Below are positions 23,197 through 36,748 of a stretch of DNA of 64,000 nt, in pieces (positions within the stretch are counted from its first letter, which is position 1; each line of letters begins with the position of its first letter). The DNA comes from Octopus vulgaris. Lineage: Eukaryota. The translations under genes and the position numbers were made by a program. Where the stretch lies: assembly GCA_951406725.2 (NCBI GenBank), contig OX597824.1:558001-622000 (forward strand), read 5' to 3'. The notes beneath the pieces were generated by a model. It ran no database searches and had not been told where the DNA came from. It worked only from the letters and a program-made list of their open reading frames with translations.

Positions 23197-25079
23197 TATG
23201 TCTGTTATCCAGCATGAGTTAGACAGGATCAGACAAACTTGCACCAAGTTCCAGTGTCAGCTTTGGCATGGTTTCTATGGACAGATGCCCTTTCTAAGGT
23301 CAACCAAATTAATCATGTATTCAGTGTTTTTTCCTCTACCACCAGTGCTAATGAGGTTGCTGAACAACTTGCAAGGCAGAAAAAGAAAACAATCCCACAG
23401 CTAAATGGGATGGGGTTTAAGAGGGGAAGGTGGATTTATCCCAGGTGTTGAAAGGCTAAAGTATGATAGAGAGACAAGCACAGGCGTCTTGCTAGAGAGG
23501 AGATATACATGGCTACCCCACATTAGATAGGAAACGGCAGGAGTAGTTGAAAAGGAGATAAAAAAAGGTAATAATGGAGTGCCAGAGAAAACACTTTGGT
23601 ACAAGAAGGTGAGCATAAGAGAAGAGATACTTTCATAAGAGTGTGAGGGGAGAGTAACAGATGGTTTAATCCCTAATTAAGGTTAATTGGAGAAATTTTT
23701 AAGGGAGCTCTTCCACATGAGGAATGTCCAGTTAATTGTAGTGAGCAACTAAATAATTCTTAAGCTGAAAACACATTGGTAATGGGAAGAAAGGTTTGTT
23801 AGTGCTAATGATATTTCATGCTAGGAAAGGTAAGAACTTGGAGATTTAAATTCTCCTGTTATAATTCCAGCCACATCTAAGGTTGTGTTATACAAAAGTA
23901 GTTTGACTCCAGTACTTGCCTGTTACTTTATTTTACCTGTCTGGCAGATTAAAAGGCAAAATCAACTTCGGTTGGAACTGGCTTCTATTGCAGAAAACAA
24001 ATGCAAAATATAGAAGGCATTAAGTAGGGTGCTAAGAGCACCATCCGGGTGTGATTGTTGCCAGAGTGGCTAACTGGCTTCCGTGCTGGTGGCATGTGCA
24101 AAAAGATTTGAGCGAGGTCGTTGCCAGTACCGCCTGACTGCCCCCCCCCCCCATGCTGGTGGCACGTAAAAGCACCCACTACACTCTCGGAGTGATTGGC
24201 GTTAGGGAGGGCATCCAGCTGTAGAAACTCTGCCAGATCAAGACTGGAGCCCGGTGCAGCCATCTGGTCCGCCAGTCCTCAGTCAAATCGCCCAACCCAT
24301 GCTAGCATTGAAAGCGGACGTTAAACGATGATGATGATGATGATTAAGTGTTTTCTACAAAGAAAGTAATGTGGAAGAGTGAAAGCTTTGGTATTTTACG
24401 CTTTCAAAATGCTTCTATTTCCTGACCCTATGGTTTTTGGGTTCACTTGGCATCTTGGGAAATGTCTTCTATTATTAGCCCTGGGCTGAACAAAGCCTTG
24501 AAAGTGAATTTGATAGATGAAAACTAAAAGATACTGCTGGATGTATTTATAAACATACATATTCATAGAAACAAATAAAATGTGTTTTTCTCTCCTTGTG
24601 TTGACCTCATGTGATGGCTGTAAATGAGTGTCACCATCATACAAGCAGTGTCATTTGCTTCGAAAATATGCCCAGCCATGGTGAAATATTACTGTGCTTG
24701 GAAGTAGGAAGAGTATCTGGCTGCATGTTCAAACGATGGTAGTTGTTTTGAGATCTCTTAACCTTATAACAAAGAACATTTTCTCAGTTTCAATTCAAAT
24801 GACGACCAGGTACATAAATTATAATTTGTAATCATATTTTCACCAGCATGTAAAAAGCACCCTGTACACTCTGTAAAGTGGTTTGCATTGGGAAGGGCAT
24901 CCAGCTGTGGAAATTGTGTCAAATGAGACAATTGGAGCCATGACAGCTCATGTCAAACCATCCAACACATGCTAGCGTAGAAAATGAACATTAACTGATG
25001 AAGATCGAAATAGCTTCAGAAAATGGTATCCCCAAAACAGGAAACTGGGTCCTGTATGCTTGCAATAAGAGTGAACCCA

Positions 25080-26610
25080 GCGGGGAGGGGTCGAAGAAAG
25101 AACGTGTGCGACCGTTCAAAGGACAGTGTTTCCGGTGCCAGGGTGCAGCAGAACGTCGGTAGCAGCGACTGCACCAATGAAAAGTGGCCGAGCTAGGAGC
25201 AGCGGAGAGGGGTCGAAGAAAGAATGTGTGCGACCGTTCAAAGGACAGTGTTTCCGGTGCCAGGGTCCGCGACTGCAAGTCACCCAAGCCTGAGGTCATT
25301 TGCTACCGGAGACAGTGCTTGACTTCCAAGAGCTGAATGACCATGTATCATGTCATACAGGTGGCGAGGCCACAGATGTCTGTGGAGACACCTTGCGAAA
25401 GTGGAGGCAGATGACAGGGGCCTCCACGATCGTTGATTTGAAGTCGGCATTCCTACAGGTGCATGTGGCTGAGAAACTGTGGAAGTGCCAGCTTGTCAGG
25501 TATAAGGGCCGGATGTACTGTCTGACCAAGTTGGGGCTCGGGCTGAATTCAGCGCCAAAGATTATGGCAACAATTCTCAAAGCCATCCTGGGAAAAGTGG
25601 ACAGAGTAAAAAAGGCCACCAAATTCGTACATTGATGATATTCTGATGGATGAAACCGTAATGCCAGCAACGGAGGTCATAGGCCACCTGAAGAGTTTTG
25701 GACTGATCGCCAAGCCACCAGAGGCAATGGAGGGAGGTGCTGCACTGGGCCTTAAGCTATGGAGAGACAAGGCCGGCGCGTTGGTGTTTCGGCGAGGGAA
25801 TGAGATCCCAGAACTGGGCGCCAGCATGAGTAGACAGGAACTGTTCTCTGTGTGTGGGAAGCTGGTAGGACACTACCCGATTGCAGGATGGCTCCGGACA
25901 GCATGTAGCTTCATCAAGAGACGAGCCGAAGAAGTGAAGTGGAACGATAGAGTGGGGGAGAAGACAATCGACATGATGCAGGAAGTCTTGGTCAGAGTAA
26001 GAGCAGAGGATCCAGTGAGGGGTAGTTGGTATGTTCCCAAATCAAAGAGCGGGATTGTATGGTGTGACGCTAGTAGCATCGCAATAGAGGTTGTCTTAGA
26101 AGTGGGAGGCGTCATGGTGGAAGATGCAGCCTGGCTCAGGAAGACGGATGACTGCAGTCATACCAATGTGGCGGAGTTGGATGCCGTGTTGAAGGGGGTG
26201 ACCTAGCCTTGAAGTGGGGGTTACACACCATAGAAATCAGGACTGATTCGGCCATTGTACTTGGTTGGGTGACAGCAGTCATCACCAATGAGCGGAGGGT
26301 GCGGACCAAAGGGGCTGCAGAGATGCTGGTAAAGCGTCGATTGGGGATACTGCGTGAACTAACCACCGAGTTCAATCTGAAGCTGAGCGTGATCTTTGTG
26401 CCTTCCGAGAAGAACAGGGTGGACGTCCTGACCAGGGTAAAGCGAGCCTGGTTGCAGGTGCCAGAGGATGCGGAGCAGGCTGTAGCTGCAGTATGCTGTC
26501 TGAGTGACTCAGAGTTGCGGAGACTGCATACCATGCATCACATGGGTGTGGACAGGACATTGTTCCTAGCCAGAAAAGTTGACTCTGATGTAACAAGATG
26601 GAGCGAGGGA
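25080..26610 (+). mobile_element. LTR-retrotransposon gag-pol fragment (Ty3/Gypsy-like order RT-RNaseH-IN), pseudogenised
   Basis: Zinc-knuckle start RPFKGQCFRCQG (duplicated); RT IVDLKSAFLQV, LGLNSAP, YIDD; RNase H VWCDAS, NVAELDAV, IRTDS, SEKNRVDVLTR; integrase-like H..HHMG. Frameshifts and stops; no LTRs seen. Confidence 0.85.
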
Positions 26611-27400
26611 ATTTCAGTCGCTGGAATTCACTCGATAAATATTCTTGGAATCCCCTAACATAAAATGGCGGGAGGGTCACAGCTGGAAAACCTTTGCTCA
26701 TAGGCCTGGTCTGGAGTTACACAACAACTGGAAGAAATCTTATAATTATTTCAGAAGATATAAAACAGAAACAATAATTCGGTTTGAAAAATGGTGAATC
26801 GAAACTAATTCTGAACATGAAGCAGCTTAGGCGACTGATTAAGAAGGATTTAAGTTTAATGATTGGCTTTTAACACTGACACAAGGCAATAAATTTAGGG
26901 AGAGAGCGTTATTTATAGATTAAATCCATGCTAAATAATCGACAGTTTATTTTGAGGAAATCGTAAAAATGAAAAGTAAATTATAAAATGAGATGAAAGG
27001 GAGGGGGGAGCACGTGGCATTTTTTTCCTGTCAGAGATACTTTGGTTCGGTATTATACGGCACAGAAGTATTTCGCAAACGTAGTTGAAGTAGAAATCAA
27101 TTAATTGTGCTAGTTATCGATATTTAGGAAGACAGTGTCACTAATTAATAAATTTAATAAACTAAATACCGAAATTAATTAACTGGAGTTTTGTTTTCCT
27201 TTTAACATTACGTTCACGTCGATATTGCGCATGCGTCAATACATACATACACACGTGTTGTATGTATGTATATATATATATATATACACGTGTGTGTGTG
27301 TGTGTGTGTGCATATATTTATATATACATGTGTGTATATAGATATATATACACACACATATTTATTTGTTATTTAAAATTGTTAGATTTAGATAACTTAC

Positions 27401-27495
27401 TTCGGGTTCCCTGCTGGCTTTTCACAACTTTTCTTCACCCTTTTCGCAGATTTCCTGCTGTGGACATGGGTCAATTTTTTCCTTTTATAACCCAT
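27401..27495 (-). CDS. Coding exon 1 of a gene for a basic/acidic, probably nuclear or nucleolar protein (architecture reminiscent of the UTP25/DIEXF N-terminus; unconfirmed)
   Basis: aagaaATGG start, MGYKRKKLTHVHSRKSAKRVKKSCEKPAGNP, gtaagt donor in phase 2 matching exon 2. Lies next to a CpG-rich promoter. The family guess rests only on composition and order (basic, Ser-rich, short helix, acidic). Confidence 0.8.
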
Positions 27496-27499
27496 TTCT

Positions 27500-27787
27500 T
27501 GCCACTTCGTTACAAGTGCCAAGGTGCTGCGAACTTTTACTTTTTTCCCCCCCTCTGCTATTAATTGCTTTTCTCAAACGGCAAAAGCGATTGGTCTTTT
27601 CCAAAGCGGACCAACCAATCGCGAGCCGTTATACATAAAGCTGTCAAATGACGTCATTAATCTTCCCCGATCGCCATTTCGAAGCACGTTGAGGCTTCGA
27701 CTGAACGTCACTTTTCTGCGAAGAATCGTTGTTTTTTTTTTCCTCCGAAATCCTTACAACTTAGGATCTTAAATACAACTGACAGCG
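27500..27787. promoter_or_regulatory. Bidirectional promoter and probable first non-coding exon of the plus-strand gene
   Basis: CpG-enriched. Opposed CCAAT boxes (ATTGG ~27590, CCAAT 27615-27619), palindromic CRE aaTGACGTCAtt 27647-27658, YY1-like CGCCATTT 27672-27679. Plus-strand donor CG|gtaaga at 27788. Confidence 0.7.
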
Positions 27788-28994
27788 GTAAGATCTCATG
27801 TTTTTTCTTGAAAAGTTTCTTGCAAATATATTTACTTGGCGATATATAATTGCCTCGTCGTCCCCCGCCAAAATCGCTACGACGACGATGATGATGATGA
27901 TGGCGATTGTGTTGGTTCTGTTGCAGGAAGAAAAATTAAAAAACCCCCAGAAATACTCTGTCCATTGTTTGCCAGCATCGAATAAAGAAGACGATGCAAG
28001 ACCCGTTTAACTGCCTGACGAGACCCGTTCCCTCTTTTCTCCCGACCGAAGAAGCCTTTCCCTCTTTTCTCTCTTCTTTCTCTCCTTCGTCCCGTTCGCC
28101 ATTATTTTTTTTCTTCTTTCTTTTAAGAAAAAAAAAACTAGAAACAAAAAATGATTCATATTTCATAATTAACCTATAAAAAAATCATTGAAACACATCC
28201 CTGCTGTCCTCATTTTCAATCCTCAATCATTTTCCTGCATCGAAATTCATTAAACACCGAATAAATTACAAAATATTTCTCTAATATTCAACACCAAAAA
28301 CCATCTGAAATTGATTTCTTTTGTCCTTTGAAATAGAAATCCGTCATTTTCACTTTTATTTTCTCTTCATTATTTCGACTCCTAATTATTCCTTATATAT
28401 TTCACTCCTTCACACAACATCGAAGATCAATAATTACAGTTTGCCCTAAAATCAAAGCTAAATCATTCTGACACAGTTTCACATTTCTCTCTTCTTGTTT
28501 CAATCTGAGGATTTCTTCACATCTCAAAGGAAATTATTTATCGAATACAATAAAACACGATATATTATTATGTAACCTGCACAATGTACTTTTAATCTGC
28601 TACGATTTGTTCTAAATTCATTGAAACGTTGATTTATATTAATCTATGTCGACGAAAATTGTGTTTTATCTCTTTAGACATTTCTTCTGGGTTAAGCACA
28701 AAGAAATGAGGCATGTGCGGTTTTCTTGGCATTAATTTCTTGCTGTTTCCCAGATAAATATTTTGCTTTTTATTCAGAAATTTCTCATGAAAATAAAAAA
28801 AAAAAAAATTTCATTTTATGTTTAGATTTATAAAAAAAAAAAAGATAATCTCTGTTTGTATTAAAATCGGTTGTTTAAGATGGAGAAGGAAGAAGATCGG
28901 GGGGGGGGGGGCAGTGGAGATTTTAGTTGGAATTCAATAGAAATGTTATTTCTCGACGATTCTAATCGAGAAATGCATTGAAGTGAAGGAAACC

Positions 28995-29105
28995 GTGGAA
29001 AGGCGGTGGTGGTGGTGGTGGTGGCTGCAGCGGCGGTGGTGGTGGCTGCAGTGGCGGCGGTGATGGTGGTGGTGGCTGCAGTGGCGGCGGTGGTGGTGGC
29101 GGCAT
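28995..29105. repeat. GGT/GGC trinucleotide repeat with GGCTGCAG interruptions
   Basis: Direct reading; accounts for the poly-P/H/T/V ORFs in the track. Confidence 0.85.
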
Positions 29106-29269
29106 CGATGCGCGGGAGGCGACATTTGAGTGAGAAACATCTTTGGCTCCCAGCACGCATGCGCTCCTTCTCTTTTTCTCTCTCTCTCTCTCTTATCAGC
29201 TTCTTGTTCTGTCTTTCTTTCTATCTCTGATCGATACCGACCCGTGTCTCGATTTCTCCTCCTTCACAG

Positions 29270-29327
29270 CATCATCGTCGTCTACCGTACTCGCTTGCCT
29301 GCCATACCTTTAGTAATTTAGTGCCAG
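29270..29327 (+). other. Candidate non-coding 5' UTR exon (internal or alternative first exon) of the RRM gene
   Basis: Pyrimidine tract ...ctccttcacag acceptor and strong CAG|gtgagc donor. Lies downstream of GGT/GGC and CT simple repeats in CpG-rich DNA. Confidence 0.5.
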
Positions 29328-29830
29328 GTGAGCCTTGATCGAGCGTAACACATCTGACCAGTGACCTTTTAAGCGAGACCATTGTCCTTTCTTACACAAT
29401 TAAGCTGACCAGTGCGGCGAACCTTGGCTACTGTTTCTAGCGTATCATCCGACTGCTTTCGATAGCGCGGTTTCTTATTAAATGAGAATTTCCATCAAAT
29501 TCTGAGATGTTCCTGGTTGTTGATTTGTAAGTAGACCGTCCCCCGATGATCTAAGGTTTGACTCCTACGAGAAGGGCGACCATGTAGAGGTTACCTCGTG
29601 CCTGCCCGCTGCATGCTTCATGCATGTATGAATACATGTGGATTAGTCATTCGGGTTGCGTCGGAAAGTGAAATAGTTTTGTCCTGATGAAGCTGACAAG
29701 TGTAGGCATTTCCAACAGAATCCCCCCCCCCTCACCTTTTTTTTCTCGTCTGAGATATAAATAAGATCGCTAAAGGTCCACAAATATCTACTGCTTTCAG
29801 TGATATATTTTATGTTTTTATGCTTATAAT

Positions 29831-31396
29831 GGTACTAGTAGCGTAGAATGGACCCGGTTTGCGCACACGCGCAATTTGTATATATATATATATATATATA
29901 CACAGACGTTTATAATTTTGAACAAATTATTGATATATGTGCAGAATATGTTGCACAATATTGTGCAACATATTATTCTGCACATATATCACGGCAAAAA
30001 TTTCTCCAATCTGTTACGGTTACATTTGCTATACGACATTCCTTTGCTAAATCTTCTTTTGCCCAATAATATAATATATCAATAATTTGTTCACTAATGA
30101 CCACCACCAAAACCGCGCGTAATTCAAAGTTGTTCACTTTGATATCAACACGTGCGAAAAAATTTTGAGTATGGCTTCTGCATATCCAAGTGTAAAAGGA
30201 ATTAATCACCGCGATATTGCCATCGCTTCAACAGCAGATAGTATTAATTGGCTTAAGAGACATGGACTTTTAAATACCCAGAAAATATGTACATCGTGTG
30301 GAGCTAGCATGAGCGAAGTAGCTAAAAAAAATTTGTCGGATGGAGTGATATGGTCATGTGGAAGGCCTTGTAGAAAAATGGTTTCAATTAGAAAAGGAAC
30401 ATTTCTAGAAAATAGTAAATTGAAGTGTGAACAAATTATTGATATATTATATTATTGGGCAAAAGAAGATTTAGCAACTCTCTGTTGAAAATTATATTTT
30501 TATATTCTAAATAATTTTGCAATTTCAAAAAATATATTAATTTTGCGTTTTTTAATTTGATAAATTCTACGGAATAATTTTGCGCGTTTTTTGATAAATT
30601 CTACGGAAAGAATTTAGCCTGACAACTAATTCCGTGGTAGTGCCAAAAAATTTATACATTTGTGTGAAGAAATTAATTCATTAAGTTTAACATATTAGTA
30701 CTTGTCTATTGTCGTGGTCCCGGTTTCCGCACACGCGAATTCGCGCGCGCGCGCGCAGACGTAGGTAGCGTGCGAATTCGCGTGTGCGAAACCGGGACCA
30801 CGACAATAGACAAGTACCAACAAATTATATACGTCTGTGTAAAAAAAAAAAAAATAATTAAGTTTCAGGAATTATATACGTTCGCGTTTGTGTAAAAAAA
30901 AAATTATTATTTAAGTTTTAAAAATTATTTACTTTGTTCGAAAAATATTATTAATATTAATTACTTTTCAAGAATTATTTAATTTACATAATTAATTCAT
31001 TTATCTGTAAAATAGTACAAATATTCTGCAAATCCGCGAGGGAATCGCTATGTTGTCACTCAGCCAGCTAGAAATAGCAGCCAGATTTCCCTCCAATAAC
31101 ACCTTATTGTCTTAAAAAGCAGAAAAGTATCTAAAAAATCCGAGTTTTTTTATTTTGTTTTAGTGAAAATCGTGCGGGTGTTACTCTGTAATTTTACCAA
31201 AAAAGTTATATACATTTCTGTGAAGAAATTAATTCATTAAGTTTAACAAATTATATACGTTTGCGTGCGCGCACGTAACGCGCGATACAAGTATATATAT
31301 CGCGCATGCGCCAGTCAGCTCGTAAGATCGGCTACATACGTCTGGCTAGCGCGGACGCGTGTGCGCAAACCGGGTCCAGTCTACGCTACTAGTACC
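29831..31396 (+). mobile_element. Rearranged Merlin (IS1016/IS1595-like) DNA transposon derivative
   Basis: 41-bp TIRs GGTACTAGTAGCGTAGAATGGACCCGGTTTGCGCACACGCG. Transposase N-terminus 30171-30488 with WL…GLL, CxxC…W.C…C.K.VSIRKGTF…SKL. No catalytic domain and no clear TSD. Confidence 0.8.
30697..30818. mobile_element. 122-bp Merlin-type mini-MITE nested in the larger element
   Basis: TIRs GTACTTGTCTATTGTCGTGGTCCCGGTTT(C)CGCACACGCGAATTCGC. 8-bp TSD aacatatt/aacaaatt. Confidence 0.8.
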
Positions 31397-33095
31397 TGAT
31401 GTCAATTGATAATCAAAACCGACTCACCCCTCCCTCTGCGCACACGTTTTCTTTTCATTCCAAAGTTCTTTGTTGCGTTTTCATTATTATCCACATCTAG
31501 CATTGGGATGCGGGAAAGTGTCTCAAAATTCTTCAGTTGAATATTCACATCGTTAATTTCAACACTGGTTTGACCAACATAGCTATGATCAAATCTGTTC
31601 TAGGCATTGTGAAGCCCTCCATTCAAAACATTTTCGGAAAAAAAAACAAAAAAAAAACTGTTTAACCCAACGTTTTGCGATGATGAGTTTTCGTCAAATG
31701 GTGAACACTCATAATTTATCAGTTGGAACAAACTATTTTTAAGTTTCTTTCGTGATTTTATCGGGGTCCTCAAATCAGTTAGTAACTCTAACCACGTCTC
31801 CAGCTCCCCCCTAAGCGCCTTTGTTTAAGAAGCAAGCTACGAACCAGCGCGGCTGAACACTAAATGTTCTTTCCAGTCCTCACCATGTTGCCTGAGAGGA
31901 ATTTGGCTGTTATTTCTGAAAGATCTAATGATTATGAAGTAGTCCCCCCTTCTGTTCAAAACGAACTTTTCGATGACTACAAGCAGACATCGTAAATGCC
32001 TTTCGCATATATTCTCTTGGTCGGTTTCTTTTACTATCGAGCATCATCCATAGATCTAATTATTGGCCACTGATATCTACCGATTCAACACAATCGATTA
32101 GCCATTCTCTAATCATTGGCCTTGTTTAGTCGAAACCTACTCGATCCGCTAACCTGACGCTGCGTAGCATCTGTTCATTTAATTGTTTCTCTATGATTAC
32201 TGGTTATCTGTGTTGAATTAATAGAAATGACACAATTAGCTCAATTGTATCTATTATTTTAACGAGTTTATTTTCTATTCAATTAGCATTCCCATATCAG
32301 ATGGAGGAAATTGAATGTTAATAAAAATTATATATTGCCTTTTTTTTTCCTTCAGTAATTTCCTTTCTGGCAAAATTAAAAAAAGAAACAAGACTTATTT
32401 TGTTTAATTTCCTGAGTAGCAAATAAATAGACTAAAAACCTTTTGCATTCTACGGCTCCTTATTCAGTTTCAAGTGACGGGAGAGACATTTTAAAAATAA
32501 AGCAACGAACCCATACCAGCGCTATAATAATATAACTGTCTTTGGGCACCTTGTTACTTTCGTAATTTCCCCCGTTTTGATACACATCGGGTTCTGCAAT
32601 GTTTATACGATATAATATATTCAGAAATGTTTCACAACCGAATCCAATGTGCCAGTCTTCGGTCACGCAATAGCGCTGATAATACCAAAAGAAGAAAAAA
32701 AAGGCACATATTTAAACACTTGTTTTCATTTATTACTACAGATACAAGTTTATTTTCGTTGTGTAATGCGTGTGTTTTCTGAAGTAGTTAACCGTCGCAA
32801 ATGAAGCTAAACTAAAAATAGAATGGAGTTAGATTCGACTGAACGCACTCGGTGCTTGCATCACAGCACCCGACCGTAAAGCACTTCTTTTTGCAACAGT
32901 TATATTATTGCCTTTTTTGATGTGGAGAGTATAACGAAAAAAGGATTATTTGGCATTCTTTCGCTACAGAAAGAATGCCGATTATTTCTGTGTTTTTTAT
33001 TTATTTGTTAATAAACGATGCTGCGATGTGTAATTGATTCTTGATTCTTCACGAACCAATGATTGTCTTTGTTCTCCTTTCAGCAGCCGCTAACA

Positions 33096-33218
33096 ATGCC
33101 TACAAAAATATTCGTTGGTAACGTGAACCCCACCACCAAAGCAGAACAATTACGGGTTTTGTTCGAGAAATATGGCAAAGTCACCGAGTGTGACATCATA
33201 AGAAATTATGCTTTTGTG
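33096..33218 (+). CDS. RBM4: RBM4/lark-family RNA-binding protein, coding exon 1 (RRM N-half)
   Basis: [41 protein letters not shown] contains RNP2 (IFVGNV) and the lark/RBM4 signature ECDI.RNY.FV. NAGNAG acceptor at 33081-33086, gtaagc donor. The symbol denotes the family, not proven orthology. Confidence 0.9.
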
Positions 33219-33660
33219 GTAAGCGCTTTTGTTTCTTTTATTTGAAAACAGTAATCGCTGTAGATTGGTTTTAAATAGCTTCGTTTTAAAAAAGCATGAT
33301 TAATCGCTCAGCAGTGCGAGCCAGTTTAACCTATTTATTTGAATGATGGTGAATATGATAACCACAAGGGTGAATCTGCTTTTACGGATGTAATTTTGTC
33401 TCCTTTACCGTTTCATGTTAGGCTTTTGCTAAAATTCCTTCATTTCTCGGCGAGGATAAAATATGCACCAATGTTTATGCGGAGTCTATACGATTTAGAA
33501 ATCAAGTGATAATTTGTGCTGGTGAATCGGAATGGTAGTCAAAACCGAAGTCTAAGTTTGTTTTTAGTCCAGGTTTGTCTTGTTTGAACGATATTCTAGT
33601 CTTGGCCATATTTTTTCCAGTATGGATGCGATTTCTACGAGGTCCAGTAATTGCATAGGG

Positions 33661-34033
33661 CAATGGTTCCCAGCCCGTTTATTTAAATGAGTTTTCCCAC
33701 GGACCCCTTTTAATATGCTTATCCTTCATCATCATCATCGTTTAACGTCTGTTCTCCATGCTCGCATGGGTTGGACAGTTCGACTGGGGATCTGGGAAGC
33801 CAGAGGGCTGCACCAGGCTCCAGTCTGATCTGGCAGTGTTTCTACAGCTGGATGCCCTTCCTAACGCCAACCACTCCGTGAGTGTAGTGGGTGCTTTTTA
33901 CGTGCCAGGCGAGGCTGGCATCGGCCACGTTCGGATGGTGCTTTTTTACGTGCCACCGGCACGGAAGCTAGTCTGGGTGGCGCTGATATAAAATTTTGAA
34001 TTTAGTTCACGGACCCCAGGTTGGGAACCACTA
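33661..34033. mobile_element. hAT-like MITE interrupted by an RTE tail
   Basis: caatggttcccagcc / ggttgggaaccacta termini. Degenerate 8-bp TSD gcataggg/gcttagag. Confidence 0.6.
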
Positions 34034-35717
34034 GCTTAGAGGTTCCTCTGTTGTGTTGTGAGATCTGTCAGAGGATAACGTTTCCGTTAAAGCCCTTCAC
34101 CAGGTGAGAAGCGTGTTGGAAAGGTATATTTAGGCCTACTAATGTAGTGTGTGGAGGAAAGGCTGTCTGAAATGTAACTCTACATATGAACCAACAAGAC
34201 CAGCCTCCCGTGCAGAAATTTCCACCCCTTTTTGTTTTTTAGACATTTTGATGTGCTCATTGCATTTTGTTGGAAAGGAACATGCATGCGTTGGAGCTGT
34301 GCATTGAAACACTCAAGTTTTCTAAATATCTTAGGCGTCTGTGTTTCTTGAACTGCTAAAAACAGGTCCTGGATCTGTTCAGAGTTGAATAACTGCATGC
34401 ATATATCTTGCCACTTATCTTCTGTCTCACTCATATTACGGAAAATGCCTTTGGTTAAAATTAAACATAAAATGCACCATCCGAACGTGGCCGATGCAAG
34501 AACCCCCCAACTGGCTCTCGTGCCAGTGGCACGTAAAACGCACTATCCGAACGTGATCGATGCCAGGTCTGCCTAACTGGCTCCTGTGCCAGTGGCATGT
34601 AAAAAGTACCCACTACACTCTCAGAATGGTTGGCGTTAGGAAGAGCATCCAGCTGTAGAAACAATTCCAGATCAGATTGGAGCCTGGCACAGCTGTTGAC
34701 TCTCCAGACCTGTCAAACCGTCCAACCCATGCCAGCATAGAAAACGGACGTTAATAATGATGCTGATGATAGGCAACAATTGCCTTTTCTTTACAACTTC
34801 AATGAAACCTGAATAAAGGAAATACTTTAAAAAGAAATTAGTCCCTATGTGTTATAAAGAGGTGACCAGAAGAGCTGGTGATGGGAAGGGCTTTGGAAGT
34901 CTGCCTTAGAAAACCCATCCAACATGTGACAGCATGGAAAAGTGACTTGTGCTTCTTACATTAAAAGAGAACTTTTTATCGATCTTCAAAGCTTGTACTA
35001 AACTCTAAAATTGAACAAACTGGCACAAATGATACTTTGTTCAGCCTCAGATCACAATGCCTTTAAAAAGTAGGGAAGGATACATTGTTTAATGCAGTCC
35101 CACATCTGGTATGCATTCAAAAAATGTGTAAACCAGATGATTGTAGCTGATTGGTTAAAGGGGCTTTTTGATCAGAGCTGGCATGGAATTAAACAATGAT
35201 AACACTAGTCTACACAATGCCAGTTTTGTATTCTGTGCTTTCTCACTTCAGTAGGAGCAGGTAGGTACAACAAACAACTGGTGTCTCATTGAAAAAAAAA
35301 AAACCCTACTGTATATGCAATATTGTATACATCCTTTGAAATCAGTAGAAAATGAATCCTTCCTATTGATAACTTGGGAAAATAGTTTGAATTTTATGCG
35401 AAACACATTACACAACAGGTGTTGTGAAGAACAGCAGCACAGCCCCAGATGTCATCCTGGTGTATATTCTTTGAGTAAACAAAGTTAAAAATGGAAGCAG
35501 TAATGGGGTGCTATATTTAAATAATGGAAGAATATAGCAGTTGGCATGATGGAAAAGTGAAGGCAGTTGATTCTAAGATTTGAAGAAGGATGGGGGTGAG
35601 AGGATATGTTTCTACTTGTTCCATCAGGCATTGGTTGAAGTTTTGAAAGCTTGGAGATGATTTTGAATGGAATTCCATAAAATTAGGATGGATCAGTTAT
35701 GAGTTAAACATGTTTAA

Positions 35718-36748
35718 CCCTTTCGTTACTATATTTCTGACCAAAATACACCCCTTATGTGTTTCAATTAATTTCTAACATAATCATAAATTTAGTCTGG
35801 TTTCATTAAACAACTATAACTTTTTTTATTTATCAATATATTAACGTAAATTTTGGAAGATAATTTAATGAAATGTTCTCAACCAATTCTAAACTATAAT
35901 TTTTGTCACAAAGTGACTCTAATTGCAGGTAGATACAGGTAAATTCAACAAAATATAAAATTATTAAAATTTTGTTCAAACATCGCTATAGAAAATGGAT
36001 TATTAGCTAATATTCAATTGGGTATACAACAAAATTTTACGATAGAATTTGTTATTCTGGGTAACTTTCTGATACCCATAATAATATTTATGGCAAAATA
36101 GTCTTAATTTCATTTAAGGTTATGGGAAACCACTAACTATACTTTCTTTCGTTTTGTTTACGTTTAGCGTAACGGTTCGTTTCTGCCGTAATGATTTCAA
36201 ATAGGCTCATTCGAAAAAGTAAAAAGAAATAGTCTAAGGCTTTACTCTTCTGGGAAAGTCTGTGGCTTGGTCCAGTTTCTTCAGAAAAATCACCGAAAGA
36301 AACAGTTTTTAAATTTTCACTCCATTCAGGTGCCAATTCATTTTCTTTATTGCTCTCGGAGCTCTCGGATTCACTGTTTTCACTTTCGGAAAATGAAACA
36401 TCAGATTCATTATCAAATACCACATGCTTTTTTTTTTCAGTCATAGAGTTAGATTTATGAAGGTCTTCAGTAGAAAATCCTTCGAATTCTGACTCACTGC
36501 TTGATATAATGAAATTCGTATCCATTTTTTGTCAGAATTACAAATTTTGAAAACACTAGGAACAAATTTCGGAAAAAAATCTCCCAAAATTCACGGAATT
36601 AAAATTACACTTCGATTTTTGTACAAAACTGTAGTTGAACTCTTTACGAAGTATAATACATATTTTCACGAATGTACTAAAGAGATTTGCTCTGATATTC
36701 TCATTTAAATATGAATAGGTAAATTCGGGCAGTTTGATAACGAAAGGG
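35718..36748 (-). mobile_element. Internally deleted piggyBac with truncated transposase N-terminus (36525-36133)
   Basis: TTAA|CCCTTTCGTTA…TAACGAAAGGG|TTAA. Acidic N-terminus then DYFFLLF…IITAETNRYA, typical of piggyBac transposases. Confidence 0.9.

Noticed and set aside
4-27495. Assigning the symbol UTP25/DIEXF to the minus-strand gene
   Set aside because: Only low-complexity N-terminal exons are in the window; no conserved domain is visible, so a BLASTP of the full gene is needed.
28861-29230. Poly-Pro/His/Thr/Val ORFs
   Set aside because: Translations of a GGT/GGC simple repeat, with no splice-compatible link to either gene.
29660-29705. Hammerhead at CTGATGA 29684 (also isolated CTGATGA near 24995 and 44764)
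   Set aside because: No correctly placed GAAA with pairing stems.
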